A program made the translations under genes and the position numbers. Under the pieces are notes generated by a model. It ran no database searches. It saw only the letters and a list, made by a program, of their open reading frames with translations, and was not told the origin of the DNA. 64,000 bases of DNA from Octopus sinensis (taxonomy: Eukaryota). The stretch is from positions 49,166,001-49,230,000 of the forward strand of contig NC_043010.1 of NCBI RefSeq assembly GCF_006345805.1, written 5' to 3'. Each line of letters begins with the position of its first letter. Within the stretch, counting starts at the first letter, position 1. Below are positions 1 through 12,985 of the stretch, one piece after another.

Positions 1-495
1 ATCAAAATTGCTGATGTGGCTGATGGCAGTACCACCTGATTGGCACTCATGCCAGTGGAACGTTAAAAGCACATCCGAGCATGAGTGTTACCAGGGTCAC
101 AAATTGGCTCCCATGCTGGTGGCATGTAAAAAGCACCATTCAAGCGTAATCATTGCCAGCGTCGCATGTCAGGCACATCTGCTGGTGGCATGTGAAAAAT
201 AATATTGTGCGTGGTCGTTGCCAGTGCTGCTGGACTGGCTCCCGTGCAGGTTGCACATAAAAAAACACCTTTTGAGCATGGTCGTTGCCAAAACCTCCTG
301 ACTGGCCCTCATTGCAGTGACACGTAAAAGCACCCACTACACTCTTGGCGTGGTTGGCATTAGAAAGGGCATCCAGCTGTAGAAACTTTGCCAGATCAGA
401 TTGAGCCTGGTGCAGCCTTCTGGCTCACCAGCCGTCAGTCAAACAGTCAAACCCATGCCAGCATGGAAAGCAGACGTTAAATTATGATGATGAGG
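1..495 (+). mobile_element. RTE-LINE 3'UTR fragment (family A) with degenerate internal ~60-bp repeats and (GAT)n tail
   Basis: Repeated GGTGGCATGTAAAAAGCACC units, then GAAGGGCATCCAGCTGTAGAAA-like box and AACCCATGCCAGCATGGAAAGCAGACGTTAAA-(TGA)n. The same tail follows an RTE ORF end at 23737-24326. Confidence 0.8.
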
Positions 496-1049
496 AGGAG
501 AGCCAAATACTAGAGATAATTGGTCAATAGTTAAGGTAACTTAAGAGCTCTACATTCAAGTGAAGCTACAGCCATCAACTATAGAATGAAAGTAATGGCA
601 AACTTCCTTTACATTCTGTCAAAAAATTCTTCTACAAGCAAACAAAGAACACTAAGAGAATAAAGTATACAGAACAAGATATTTTCCTTAAAAATTGTTT
701 GTCTTAACAATAGACAACCACTACCAAATACTTGTACTCATTTTATTCAGATTATAACAATGGAAAAAACAAAATACAAAAAAAAAACCCAGCAAGCTTC
801 ACTCATTGTTTATGGCCAACTACCAACCAATCTACTTGAACCAGTTTTATTTCTCCATCAGAATTAATTATCTTCACATCACAAACTTCCAGCAAAACAA
901 ACCTTTACATGAATTTTGGGCATCCAGTGCTCACCAATACTTATCAATTAACTCATAATCATTATATTATACACTCTGAAAACAAAAAAAAATTCTATCA
1001 AAGCATTCTTGAAAAACATGACCTCATTAATATCCACAAGCAAACCAAC

Positions 1050-1250
1050 AAGAGCCCTAACAGTTAATAACTTGTTAGAGAGAGCAGCTAATCTTTTCTT
1101 AAATCATACTGTACGTCTTTAAAAGCTGAGAACTAAATTACATAATGTAGTCCTTTATATTCCTAAAAGACTAGATGGTCCTAGTTAGTATACTTTTGAC
1201 TGTGGTTGAATTCAACTTGATTCCACGTAGCCCAACTTACATGAAGGCCT
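1050..1250 (+). repeat. Old dispersed repeat (family H), unclassified
   Basis: CTAGAAATAGCAGCCAAAT...AAATCACAC...ATAATGTAGTCC...GATGGTCA-like core recurs near 4880, 7900(-), 15170, 22600(-), 29760, 30520, 35370(-), 38480 and 45450. Confidence 0.55.
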
Positions 1251-1889
1251 AGTAATAATAGATGTTACTGTCTGGTATTTGAAATGCAGTCTCTGAGGGC
1301 TTCTAGAGGACAAGGGTGCCCTTCCTCTGGATAAAAAATAAAAACGAAAAGCAATAACAATTCTCTAATATAATATAAAGCTTCAAGATTTATATTATAT
1401 TAGAAGTATTATTGTATTACCTGCTTGAGTGCTTAAGATACCTCCATCAAACTGCAGATCATGCATAGCAGAAAGATAGATCCTCAAAATAAAGGCCAGC
1501 AACAAGTGGTTAATGGAGAGCAGAGTTGAGAGAGGGATTCCTTTGCCTGTAGAGACAGATGCCATGGTGAATGAATTTGTGAATAATATTATACATTTAT
1601 CCATCATAGCTAGACCGAAGGTTATGTATCAGTGAGGAGGTCTAATAAGATCAAAACATGTCCACAGTTTTCACTCATATTTATATCAAAATTTGTAAAC
1701 AACACTCATTCATTTAGAGTTTTCTAATAGATCGATTACTGGGTGACTACATTTCCAATGGTGATTGTGACCCGGGATAATTTGATGCAAAACAAATATC
1801 ACAAGAGATTTTGTTTGAAGAACACTTACACACTACACATATGTACATGCATATATGTGTGTATACATACATACCTATACATTTGCAAA

Positions 1890-2065
1890 AAGCACACAGT
1901 ACACCCTGTGGAATAGTTTGTATTAGGAAGAGCATCCAGCCACAGAAATCAAGCAAAAACAGACTATGGAACCTTGTGCAGACTCTGGTCTTGCCAGTTC
2001 CTGATAAGCTGTCTAACCCATGCCAGCATGGAAAGTAGACGTTAAATGTTGATGATTATAATGAT
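1890..2065 (+). mobile_element. RTE-LINE 3' tail (family A)
   Basis: TTAGGAAGAGCATCCAGCC box and AACCCATGCCAGCATGGAAAGTAGACGTTAAATG tail. Confidence 0.75.
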
Positions 2066-2139
2066 ATTTGTATGTATACACACACATGCCTACATAACTA
2101 TAAGTGTGTGTGTGTGTGTGTTTGGGAGTGTGCTCCAAC

Positions 2140-2300
2140 ATATGAAAGGCTTCTGAAGAGTTTTTGTCTACTAAATTCCACTTGAGGTATTGGTCAATCA
2201 AAAGAAAATGGTGGAAGACACTTATAGAAGGAGCCACTAATACATATTGAACCGGAAGCAATACAGTTGTGAATTAAACCTCTTGACCACACAGTCATGT
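2140..2300 (-). mobile_element. Degenerate tRNA-headed SINE (family B)
   Basis: Diverged match to the young copy at 56700-57096. Confidence 0.55.
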
Positions 2301-3079
2301 GCCTGGTCTCAGTAAATACTTGCTGGAGTAATCAAAATAACAGGCTTTGACTAATATTTGTTCTTTGCTGCGTAATTATTTCTAATTATGCTTTTTAGCA
2401 TTTGCTGCATTTAAATACATCTTAAACTAACTTAGGTCATTGCTAAGTGTTTTTGCTGGAGACACAGAGAACAAATACCAACAATCCTTCAATTTCTACA
2501 AATCAAACTAGCTGCATGCATCCCTATTAGAAGAGAGAGAAATAGTGTGAGGAGGTATTTGATAATACAAAGTCAACAGAGTATTTCCAAAAATAAAGGG
2601 AATTCTATGTAGCATGAACATACACAATTTTTGTATCAGATGGATGTTTAAGTCTGGTGGGAATTAAACTCATCATATGAGTATATCTGATCTATTTCCT
2701 TCCAGCTAAAGATAGCTCTCCTAGAATTTATATGAGAAATATTTGGGATATCATCTTCATCTGTTGCTATTTTTATCACTATGTCTTGAATCAACACCGA
2801 TGCTGTGTTTCCTCCCACCGTCAGTTATATTTTAATTTAACTTAGCCTACACAAACTAAATTTTGCTAATAATTCTCTTCTGTCTTCAGTTTGACAGCTT
2901 TCAAAAAGATAATTAAGTACAAGTTTCTGATCAAGACACTTGATAGGCAACAGTTGAAATTTATGTACAAATCTGGACATGAAACTCTGACACTTGGCAA
3001 CAAAAGAAAAAAAAAAGAAAAACCTCGCCACCAGAAGAAACAAAATTACATTGAGCTGATCTGCTTCAAGGATTGAAAA

Positions 3080-3116
3080 CTTTAATGTTTCAGATAATCA
3101 TCTTTCTTCAGAGAAA
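3080..3116 (-). ncRNA. Minimal type-I hammerhead-ribozyme-like motif
   Basis: Minus strand reads CUGAAGA-A-AGAU(gauu)AUCU-GAAA-CA-UU-AAAG. Core and stem II are intact; stem I is imperfect. Confidence 0.5.
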
Positions 3117-3489
3117 AACAATGCAGGGCAGTGGTTCTATCACTCCTTGCAACCACTATTTAATCCTACGCAGTCTTTAAAGTTGTTTCTCACCTCTATT
3201 TCCACCATCTCTTGCTCCCTCATACACTCCTGCAAATCCTCACTCACACTTCTAGTTCGAGTCTCAACACACCTCTACTCACCTCATACCTTGAGGATCC
3301 CCTTGAGCTTGCAGCTCACACTGAGCATTCTTATTATATCTTTTAAAGATGAGTAACCATGTAGTACCTCTACAAAAACCTGCTTACCCCTCCCTTCTTC
3401 TGTACTTGAAAGCCCACCTGCACCCATCTCCTTGCATAAATGCTGTCCCACCACCAAAACCACCCCGTTGTGTACTCTCTCTCTCTCAT

Positions 3490-3675
3490 GAGCTGGATGG
3501 CAACCTTGCCTGCACCAATGGTACAAAAAAAAAGTACCCAGTAAACTGGTTGGTGTTAGGTAGTGCATCCAGCTGTAGAAACCATACCAAAGTAAACACT
3601 GGAACATGTAGTTCTTGAATCCATCAGGCCCAGTCAAACTGTTCAACCCATGCCAGCATGGAACACAAACATTAA
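3490..3675 (+). mobile_element. RTE-LINE 3' tail (family A), interrupted at its terminal TTAA by a MITE
   Basis: GCATCCAGCTGTAGAAACC and AACCCATGCCAGCATGGAA motifs; the tail resumes as TTAAATGAC at 3896. Confidence 0.7.
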
Positions 3676-3895
3676 CCCTTTAGTGTTTAAGCTGGCCATA
3701 CCCAGCTCAAATATTCCAGCTGTTTGATGTTCAACCTGGCAAGATTCAGCCTCTTACACCTACACTGCAATGTCATTCTAAAACTAAACAAATACACCAT
3801 CGAAATGTCAGAGCTACAAGATAATGCATAATTAATTCAAAGCAATACAAATAAATAAGCATTACATTTGACAGAGTAATCTGAATGCTAAAGGG
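3676..3895. mobile_element. piggyBac-like MITE (family D)
   Basis: TTAA|CCCTTTAG...CTAAAGGG|TTAA, with TTAA duplicated at 3672-3675 and 3896-3899. Confidence 0.85.
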
Positions 3896-5399
3896 TTAAA
3901 TGACAATATCTAATTCAACGTGAAAGTACTTCTTTTTACATATTCGCATAAATTAGCAGGCCACATTGTTAAATTTTTATGGAAATTACTGAAGGCAAGT
4001 ACTTTGATAACAATATGACATTGGACTTTGGCATATCACCAGTCATGCTTCTGTTCAACACTAGACTTATGTTCAAACTCTGAAACAAATTTTTTATACT
4101 TGGCTTAAATATTTTATTTCTGAGAAATATCTTGGCCGCTCAAAAGACTCAGCACTCCAGCATAGTGCTCCTTTATGAGTTTACAATGTGGGCACTACTG
4201 TCTAGAGTGATATAAAGATTAATACCATGGTCCACTTCGATGGTAGCCATTACAGAATTATAACACACACAAATCAAATTATCTCTTGCATTTATTGTGT
4301 AAGTGGCTCTTCAGGAACAAATGTACCAAGTGTGCACACATGCATGTTAATGCGAGTTGAATGCTCTCTCAACTGTGATATTTGCATGACTGGTTGACAT
4401 GGACATTTTACATCCAGATTATATCCCTAACGCCAAAGCATACATTGCCAATTGATGCAAATAGCATCAAAAAGTTTCATTTAAATTATTATTCACAGTG
4501 CTCCTGCATGGCCACAACCTCTGTCTGAAACCAATAAAAATACTAAAAAAAAAATCCTTCAGCACCATGGACAAAGATATTAATTAAGAATATAGTTGAA
4601 GTAATTATAAATGAAAAGAGGAAAAAGCAAAGCAGAGAAAGAACAAAAAGAAAACTGGAGGTGAACTAGAAAGAAAAAAAGCGACTGAGTCAAGATAATC
4701 ATTTTGTTCAAATAATGAAAGAATTCAATGAGATTTCATTTCACACTGTTTTTGTTTTCATCTCTTACCAGGATTCATTACAAATGGTAAAAATAATACC
4801 AGGAATAATTTCCAAGGACTTTACATAAACAGATAAATACATAACACTATATTATTAAACAACTTTCTCGAGTCAACAAATGATGTCTCTACTTGGCTGT
4901 TAAACATACCAATAAGCTAGCAATAACAACCAAATAAATCTATGAAAAAACAAAAAAAAGCCCAGACAGACAGGCCAGTAGTCGTGGAATACCTAGGGTT
5001 TAAAAGCAGCAACAAGAATTATTACTATTTCTTATCAGTTACAAGTAGCTAAAATCTCATGATTCACAGACCTATCATGGATGAAACTGTGCTCATATCT
5101 TTCTCCTGCACTGAGTTCAAAGAGCATAGAATTCAATATTTGATGTCAAATAACTAGGTTTTTGAAAGCTGTGTCATCAAGCAGATGAACATCATGATTA
5201 CACTAGAAAAATTTTAAAAACTCAACAATTAAAAATAATCAATCGATAGGCAAGCCTACATGCTGACACCAGCTGAATGAAGTTTTAACAAAATCCAACC
5301 TCAAGATTGTCTGCATTCAGTCAAGCTGTTAGGTCTTTACGTTGACCTGCCAGAAATAGCAGCCAAATTATATTACCATGCTCTCTCTCTCACACACAT

Positions 5400-5403
<4 letters not shown>

Positions 5404-5436
<33 letters not shown>
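5404..5436. repeat. (TA)n microsatellite
   Basis: Seen directly. Confidence 0.95.
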
Positions 5437-5437
<1 letters not shown>

Positions 5438-5584
5438 CAAGGAAAAATTGTAAAAAGGCAGAATGCTAAATTGAAAGAAAATTTTAATGAAAATGGGTGT
5501 ATGGAAAAAGTTTTTGAAAAATTGATAAAATATATAAATATATATTTATATTTATATATATTATATTATATTATATTATATTAT

Positions 5585-5732
5585 ATCCTCATCATCATCA
5601 TAATTAATGTATTTTCCATGCTGGTATGATTTGACAAGAGCTGGCAAGGAAGCGGGGGAGGGGGGGGCACACCAGGCTCTGCTTCCTGTCCTGGCATGGT
5701 TTCTATGGTTAGATGCCTTTCCTAATACCAGT
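5585..5732 (-). mobile_element. RTE-LINE 3' tail (family A)
   Basis: (CAT)n-TTTTCCATGCTGG...GATGCCTTTCCTAATACCA is the reverse complement of the tail. Confidence 0.65.
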
Positions 5733-6990
5733 CAAATTGACCTGCTTCTCTGTAGACTGAAAAAATAACGAACAGCCTTAATTAATTTTCTACCCTTATT
5801 GGGATCTCATCAAGTATCAGCATCACTTGACCAATTCCAGGTATCAATCCATTTACATACATCAAATCTTGTAGCTCTAAAGAACTGGAACTACTAATTT
5901 GCATACTATAAATGTTTAACACTTTCAAGGCAAACTGTGTGTATGTGTGTGTGGAGGGGGAATAAGGGACAAAGAATGAAACTAATTTGAGTAAACCATA
6001 AATCAAGATCTATTTCTTTTATCAGTCCCAGAAGAGCCAAAAGTATGAAAAAAGAAAAAATTCTCAGCTCCAAGGTGATCAGAACTCAGAATCATAAGGA
6101 AACTAAATACTGAAATACAAATTCCTGTAACCCACATAGATCCAATGATTTTTTTTTTTTTTTTTTATCTTTACTTGCTTCAGTCATTGGATTGTAGCCA
6201 TGCAGGGGGCACTGCCTGAAATGGATTTGCTCAGCTAATTCTATTTTACAGTTTTAAAAGACTAAAAGATACTGTTCCTTACCTTCAGAATAATTTTAAT
6301 AAAAATTTCTGCTGTTCTACAAAAATATTCCAAGTTTAATTCTTAATGTTCAGCTATATAATTGTATTTTTTTTTTTTTTTTTTTTTTACCAATACTATA
6401 ATAGATAAGATTCTATGAGTTAAGTTTTATTGCCAAGATCATAATGGTTAAATGTTTTTTGAAGATATAAAATAAAATACATAAAAATAGTGTTTGAAGA
6501 TTCTCATCAATGCTTAATATTGCATTTCAACATCCATGAGATTTCGATAAAATAATTATCCGTTTTGGTAAATTCAATAACCATCCTGCAGCTTGCACAA
6601 CATAAAATTATTTAAAATCTGCTTCAAATGAGCTATACAAGATCACTTCTATCAGTTTAACACAATTGTTTTTTAATCTGTACTTGTAGAGGCAGGACAG
6701 TTTTATCTAACAAAACATCACCAGTTATTTTCTTTTCTACATAGTTTCACCTATCATATAACTACTTTCTATAAAGACTTCCTTTTTTGCCTATCACTAT
6801 CTCCCATCTTACCTTCTGCTATCAACCAAACTCCAGTATTTTTTCACCCCAACATTCATCGACATTACCTGTCTGCCCACATAAAATTGGAATAGTTTTA
6901 ATTTATATGTATAAAAAAAAAAATTTATATGTATAAAAAAAAAATTTATATGTATAAAGTATACATATAAATTTATATGTATAAATAAAA

Positions 6991-7096
6991 TAATAAGGTA
7001 CTAAAAGAGAATGACTCTCCCCAGACACAACAGAATATGCTTCAACACACAAACTCATATAAAGAATCTTGCAAATCAAATCCAAAAACGAAATAT
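6991..7096 (+). mobile_element. Fragment of a Penelope-like short element related to 62829-63026
   Basis: Shares TCTCCCCAGACACAAC and CTCATATAAAGAATCTTGCAAA blocks with the hammerhead-bearing copy at 62.8 kb. Confidence 0.55.
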
Positions 7097-8048
7097 AAAA
7101 AAAAGAGGTTTTGTATCATCAGGCTACGGAAGATCTCAGGCAGGGTGTATCAAAATGGTTTCTAATAAAATTTAAATCAAGAAGTGGAGTCAGAACCCTT
7201 ATCTTGGTACACTAGACAGATTGATGCAGCAAGATGCCTAGCTTAAACCATCTTCAGTTCAATGTCCTCAGTATGAATGTGGGTTGTGAATACTGCTAGA
7301 AAATAAACAAGTTCTTTCTTTATCGTTCAACACATTATTTACATCTTTATATGTTTTAAAAACAACAAAAAAAAATGCAAACAAACAGTTGCAGTTTTGT
7401 CATAATATTTCATATCATATACACTTGTTTTTAATTTCTATGGCTTTTTCTGGAAACATGCTTTATAAATTTAATTGAATCTGCTACTGTAGCAGAAAAA
7501 TCTATTTCTCAATCTCTGGCTGTAAAACAGATAACACTAATGAAACTGTATCTCTTTGTCACTCCTTGCTGCTAAGAATTAGAAAATTTAAAAAATTTCA
7601 TACTTCAACCTCAATCTTTGCATTATAATTGGCAGAATTATGCTGTAATCAGAACATTGTGTAAGTTACAACTAAATATATTTAATTCAATAGGCCAAAG
7701 ATTGTCTCAGTTTTTCTATAGATGGAACGTGGGGTGCAAATACCCAAGTCAGTTTAGCCTAGATGATTGTCCCACTTTTCCCCTCATAAACTAACTTAAA
7801 ATCAGCCCTGTCAGCAAATAGGTTAACAGAAATAACAAAGAGAAATGTTTTTACCCTTAATATAAAAATCAACACCACAAAGTATTGACAAATGTATTGT
7901 ACAACCCCAAGTCAACTTTGAATCTATAGAAAAGAATTCCGGTCATAATCATCCCATGCAATTTCTTTATGTAGGATATTAAGGTGTGATTTGAGATATG
8001 GCTGCTATTTCTAGCAGGTCAAGTACCATGTAGAGATATCTTCATTAA

Positions 8049-8248
8049 CCCTTTTGTTACTATATTCATTTTGAGATGCTCTGTGCTTCTTTTAATTACT
8101 TTAAATATAACAAAGAATTTAGTAAAATAACTCAGCTAGTGTTTGGACAAATTGTGACTAAGGTTTGGTGGAAGATTTTAGTTCAAAACTTTTGAAAACA
8201 AGATATTTATACTCAGAGCCTGTTTCAGCCGGGTTGGTCACAAAAGGG
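8049..8248. mobile_element. piggyBac-like MITE (family E)
   Basis: TTAA|CCCTTTTGT...ACAAAAGGG|TTAA; homologous to 50220-50439. Confidence 0.85.
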
Positions 8249-8341
8249 TTAACTCTGTTGTACTGTTGTTGACTAGCCTACATGAACAGACATCCTGTAA
8301 TTTCTGCAAGACTTTAAAAAAATATTGATAATTCATTGTAA

Positions 8342-8670
8342 AGGCACATGGCTCAGTGGTTAGAGTGGCAGGCTCACAATCATGAAGAAGGGAGATTGAT
8401 TCCTAGACCGGGCTGTGTGTTGTATTCTTGAGCAAGACACTATTTCACATTGCACCAGCTCACTCAGCTGTAGAAATGAGTTGCAATGTTACTGGTGCAA
8501 AGCTGGATTGGTCTTTGCCTTTCCCTTGGACATCAGTGGAGTGAAGAAGGGAGGTTGGTATGCATGGTGACTGCTGGTCTTCCATAAACTTTGCCCAGAC
8601 TTGTGTCTCAGAGGGTAACTTTCTAAGTGCATTTCCATGTTCATTCATGACTGAAGGGGGTCTTTTACCC
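8342..8670 (+). mobile_element. tRNA-headed SINE (head F, tail type 1)
   Basis: A-box TGGCTCAGTGG, degenerate B-box, and TTCTTGAGCAAGACAC...CACTCAGCTG body shared with 44587, 47780(-) and 61201. Confidence 0.75.
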
Positions 8671-9010
8671 TAATTTACTAGTGCAGTAACAGAATTGGTT
8701 GAGATTGCAAGGCCAGGGAGTGAGAGTTTACTGTTTCTTCTTCCATGACTCGTTTTTCAAGTTGAAGTGATCGCAGTGACACATTTAAGGGAATGGACTT
8801 AGTGGTTATCTAAATAGGTTAATATCCATTCATTTCTCCAGAGCTGATAAAGAAAGCTATAATCATAAACAGTGGTTGAGTTCAGTTAACTATGTCTTTC
8901 CTTGTCTGTACAACAAAAAGAAAATTGGCCACAAGCCAATTTGAAGCTAATCTATTTTTGTGCAACTATGCAACTTTAATATGCAGAAGTATGCATACAA
9001 GTTAACATAC

Positions 9011-9380
9011 AGGCATGGCTGTGTGGTAAGAAGCTTGCTTCCCAACTACATGGTTTGGGGTTCAGTCCCACTGTGTAGCAGCTTGGGCAAGTGTCTTCTA
9101 CTATAGCCTCAGGCTGACCAAAGCCTTGTGAGTGAATTTGGCAGAGAGAAACTGAAAGGAAGCCCATCATAAATCTGTGTGTGAGTGTGTGTGTGTGTGT
9201 GTGTGTCTGTCCGTCCCCTCACAGCACTTGACAACTGCTGATGTAGTCTGAAACTTAGCGGTTCAGCAAAAGAACGCAAGAGAATGAGTACTGGGGATCA
9301 AGACATTCGACTAAAAATTCTTCAAGGCAGTGCCCCAGCATGGCCACAGCCTAATGACAGAAACAAGTCAAAGATAAAAG
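9011..9380 (+). mobile_element. tRNA-headed SINE (family B), near full length
   Basis: TGGCTGTGTGGTAAG A-box, GGTTCAGTCCC B-box, central (TG)n and CAGCATGGCC...GAAACAAGT tail. Confidence 0.85.
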
Positions 9381-10756
9381 ATTCATACAAACATAAATAC
9401 TGAACAGAAGGAAATTCTTTTTTAAAAAAAATGAGGTTTGATAATCCAGGGTAAATTAAAATGGCAACAACACTCCTATCCCTTAAGCCAAAGTACTGGA
9501 CTACACACCAAATACTACAGAGGATTATTTGTGTTAAACATTGCTATTTAACAAGTTGTGGTTAGGTAGTGATGAGTATCTAGTCAGTCAGTCAGTTTAT
9601 TCACATTTGTAGCTGTAATGCTAGTTTTTATGTATTTTTATTTCCACAGCTGATATTAAATATAATAGTTTATCATAACAGATTTTAGTCACTGTCACTA
9701 ATTGGTTAAAAGTACCAGTCGAGTCAAAATCCTGCAAAAGGCAATGAACCATTACTAGCTCATCCTTTTAAACAAAGAAGATTATTGTTATTTTCCTTGC
9801 TTAAAGACAAGTTAATTTGATTTTCTATCATGAATCGTTAAGACCTGTAGGTCCTTACTCTAAATGTTAAAGTGTGAAAAATTCATCTCACTAGACACTG
9901 CAGATAGCTGCCAAAACCATTCCTCAAATAATAAACTGATTCTTATTCCTAACTGTGAGGTGATTGGAGGCATACACTGAATTAGTATTCTATCCATATT
10001 GTCAAAGAATATAAGTTTAAATAATCGGAAAAAAAAATGCAAAATAGACTACAATTTTTTTTTTTTTTTAAATCTGTTTCTGCTTTAAATCATTGAAATG
10101 ACAGTTGCATGAAAAGGCAATGGACTGTATTTCAGGTATGAACATAGATGGACAATATTTGTAGGAACAGATGTTACAAGTGAGTATCACAAAAGCGAAA
10201 ACAAAAATTTTTGGAAAAAATACACAAATGACCTGATGTTAAAGCCTATTTGATGGGAAGTAGTAATAGTAGTAATAAATTGCCTTATTTTACAGACTTT
10301 AATATTTATCACAAACCACAGTCAATACTTTGGTTTTGCTCATAAAAATCAGAAGATTGCATAACACTGCATTTTATGTGCAACTTTTGGTGCACACACA
10401 CACACACACACAGTAGTTGAAGAATTGAACATTTAGTATGTGGTTTTTTTTATGTTGAATATTTCTAAAACTAACATACAAGGTAAGAAATAAAAATATT
10501 AGGTTTCTTAAACAATGTTGTATTTAACATTATTTTGCACTCATTGGGACAGATTTACTGAAACTGAAAAGGTATACATTGTATGATTACAAAAAAAGAG
10601 AGAAAAGAACTGAAAGCTAGATTAATGAGTAACCTGAGTGATTAATGAATAACTTGTAAGGTCTAAGATAGTTTTTAGTTGGTGCCAATTACCTGCAAAG
10701 TTTGGTACCAGTGACACAACCATCACTTTGTCACTGTTCAGAGTTGGATCTTTTTG

Positions 10757-11118
10757 TCTTTTACTTGTTCCAGACTACAGCCATGCTGAGGCATCACCTT
10801 GAAGGGTTTCAGTCAAACAAATTGACCCTAGTACTTATTTTTTAAAGCATGTTACTTAAATCTGTTGGTCACTTTTGCTGAACCACTATGTTATGAGGAT
10901 GAAAACAAACTAACATCAGTTGTCAAGCAGTGGGGGAGATACAAAAAAAAGAGACACAAACACACACCAGGCTTCTTTCCCTTTCAGTCAACCAAATCCA
11001 CTAACAAAGCTTTGGTCAGTGCAGAGCTATAGTAAAGTAACACTTAAGGTGCCACATGGTGGAACTGAACCTAAAATCATGTCTGTGGGAAGCAAACTAC
11101 TTACCACACAACCATGCA
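10757..11118 (-). mobile_element. SINE family B
   Basis: Reverse-complement match along its full length. Confidence 0.8.
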
Positions 11119-11169
11119 TGAAGTTTGAATCCTCAGCAATACTCTCAATTCTTAAAGCTCTTGATTTAA

Positions 11170-11601
11170 CCCTTTTGTTACCATATTTCTGTTGATATAT
11201 ACTGCATTTGTTTTCAATTAACCCTTTAGCATTTAAATTGGCCATATCCAGCTCAAATATTCTACTTGTTGTATGTTCAGACTGGTTAGATCTGGCCTCT
11301 CACACTTACCCTACATTATCATTCCAAAAATAAACAATCACTTCATTGAAATCTTTAAACTACAAGAGAATACATAATTCAAAACATTTTTAATAAATAA
11401 GAATTACACTTAACAGAATAATCTGAATGCTAAAGTGTTAATGTTGAAAATAATGAAGAATTTAGTAAAACTGTCATTATGAAGCTGGTGTTTGGAACAT
11501 AACATGAAATTTTGATGGGTGGCTTAAATTTAAATGACTTTTAAAATAAAGTTTGCATCATAGAACTAGGGGCAGTCTCAGGAAGTTTGGGATCAAAAGG
11601 G
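11170..11601. mobile_element. piggyBac-like MITE (E-related) hosting a nested family D MITE
   Basis: TTAA|CCCTTTTG...CAAAAGGG|TTAA at 11166-11169 and 11602-11605. Confidence 0.8.
11222..11437. mobile_element. piggyBac-like MITE (family D), nested
   Basis: TTAA duplicated at 11218-11221 and 11438-11441; TIR CCCTTTAGCATT / AATGCTAAAGTG. Confidence 0.85.
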
Positions 11602-12574
11602 TTAAACAGATAAGTAATGGAATAGAAGCAAGCCTTGCAATCTTCATTTAATTATCCAATGTCCACTGCAGACTAGTTTATAAAACTAATAACCCTCAAG
11701 GTACTAATTGAAGAGACATTTCAACATCTCTAGCTTCTCATGTTTCTTATGTTCAGAGTTTAATAAATCATTGATGACTGTAAGAAACTCAAAACGTTTA
11801 GCTACTACATTATTTAGAAAGCTATATATTGTAATTCCCACCTAGTATAGAAATAAACAATTTATGGAAACATTAAATACAGTTGTATATGTATGTGCAA
11901 AAACTAAATGGTCCATTTTCTACTGCAAAACAAAATTAAGAGAATCTGTTAATTCAGAGATTGGACTGGAAAGAATGAGAATGCAAGACTTCATAAATCA
12001 ATAAATTCCAAGCAGAAAATTTCAGTATCTTCATATGTGTGTGTGTGTGTGTGTAAGACAACTTACAACTTAGTATAAGAGACCTTATAGCAAATGGATT
12101 TAAAGAATTAAGAGTTATTGGTTTCAGTTTGTTTACACTTAATCTATCCCCCTTCAACAACAGACACTGATAATGCTTTGAAGAACTCGACAGCAATTTG
12201 ACAGCAATGCTTCACTGATCGGCATTTTGATAAAATAATAAATGCAAAGAAATTAACGATAGGTAAATTGCACATTGATATACTGATTAAGTCCTCAAAT
12301 AGCCATTGCAATTAGTTAAAGATATTCAAAACTGTAAGATCAATATTACAGTATTTAGAAATGAGTGCAAAATATGTTCTGTGGGGAGTGGAGAGGGGTC
12401 ATATATTGGTAAACAGAAATTATTAATAAAATTATCTTCAGATGTACATATAGTTAACAAATTGAAGCAAAATCAAACCACTCAAAGCACTGATATAGTG
12501 ATTCCTATCAAACCCACAACAAAGGTAAAGAGTTAAATTGATCCAAGCAAAGTTTTAACAAAAACTTGACACAA

Positions 12575-12685
12575 GGTGTTGTTAAGACATTTGCTTCCCA
12601 ACCACATGGTTTCAGGTTTAGTGCCACAGTGTGGCACCTTGGGGAAGTGTCTTTTACCATAGACCTGGGCAAACCAAAGCCTTTG
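12575..12685 (+). mobile_element. SINE family B 5' fragment
   Basis: TTTGCTTCCCAACCACATGGTT...GGCACCTTGGG...ACCAAAGCC. Confidence 0.7.
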
Positions 12686-12844
12686 CTGTATATATACATG
12701 TGCACATAAAACTCGTAATCCATGGTACTGTCTTTAATAATTATCATACATCTATAGTAGAGCTAAGATTAATACTTAGTCTTAGACACAGAAACTCCTT
12801 TAGCTTTAAATAACTTCCGAGCCTATACAAAGCACAAGTGAATC

Positions 12845-12985
12845 ACATCCAAGAGCATCAAAAACCTGACTGGCTAACCTTCATTTGCTAAAACAACCAC
12901 TACTAATTCACCAACATCTTGTATCCTCCTCTCTTTTCCACTGCAACTACAAAGACTTCTGGTCCTCTGAACAAGCAATATACCA
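12845..12985 (+). pseudogene. Decayed CR1/Jockey-like LINE ORF2 C-terminal remnant
   Basis: Frame-broken translation resembles QPL.HRR.VSSL.LFY.YY...CSSEL; it reads IHQHLVSSSLFHCNYKDFWSSEQA. Confidence 0.4.

Noticed and set aside
9858-9977. Possible minus-strand exon with a GTAAGG donor
   Set aside because: Weak acceptor and unrecognisable peptide; such sites are expected by chance.
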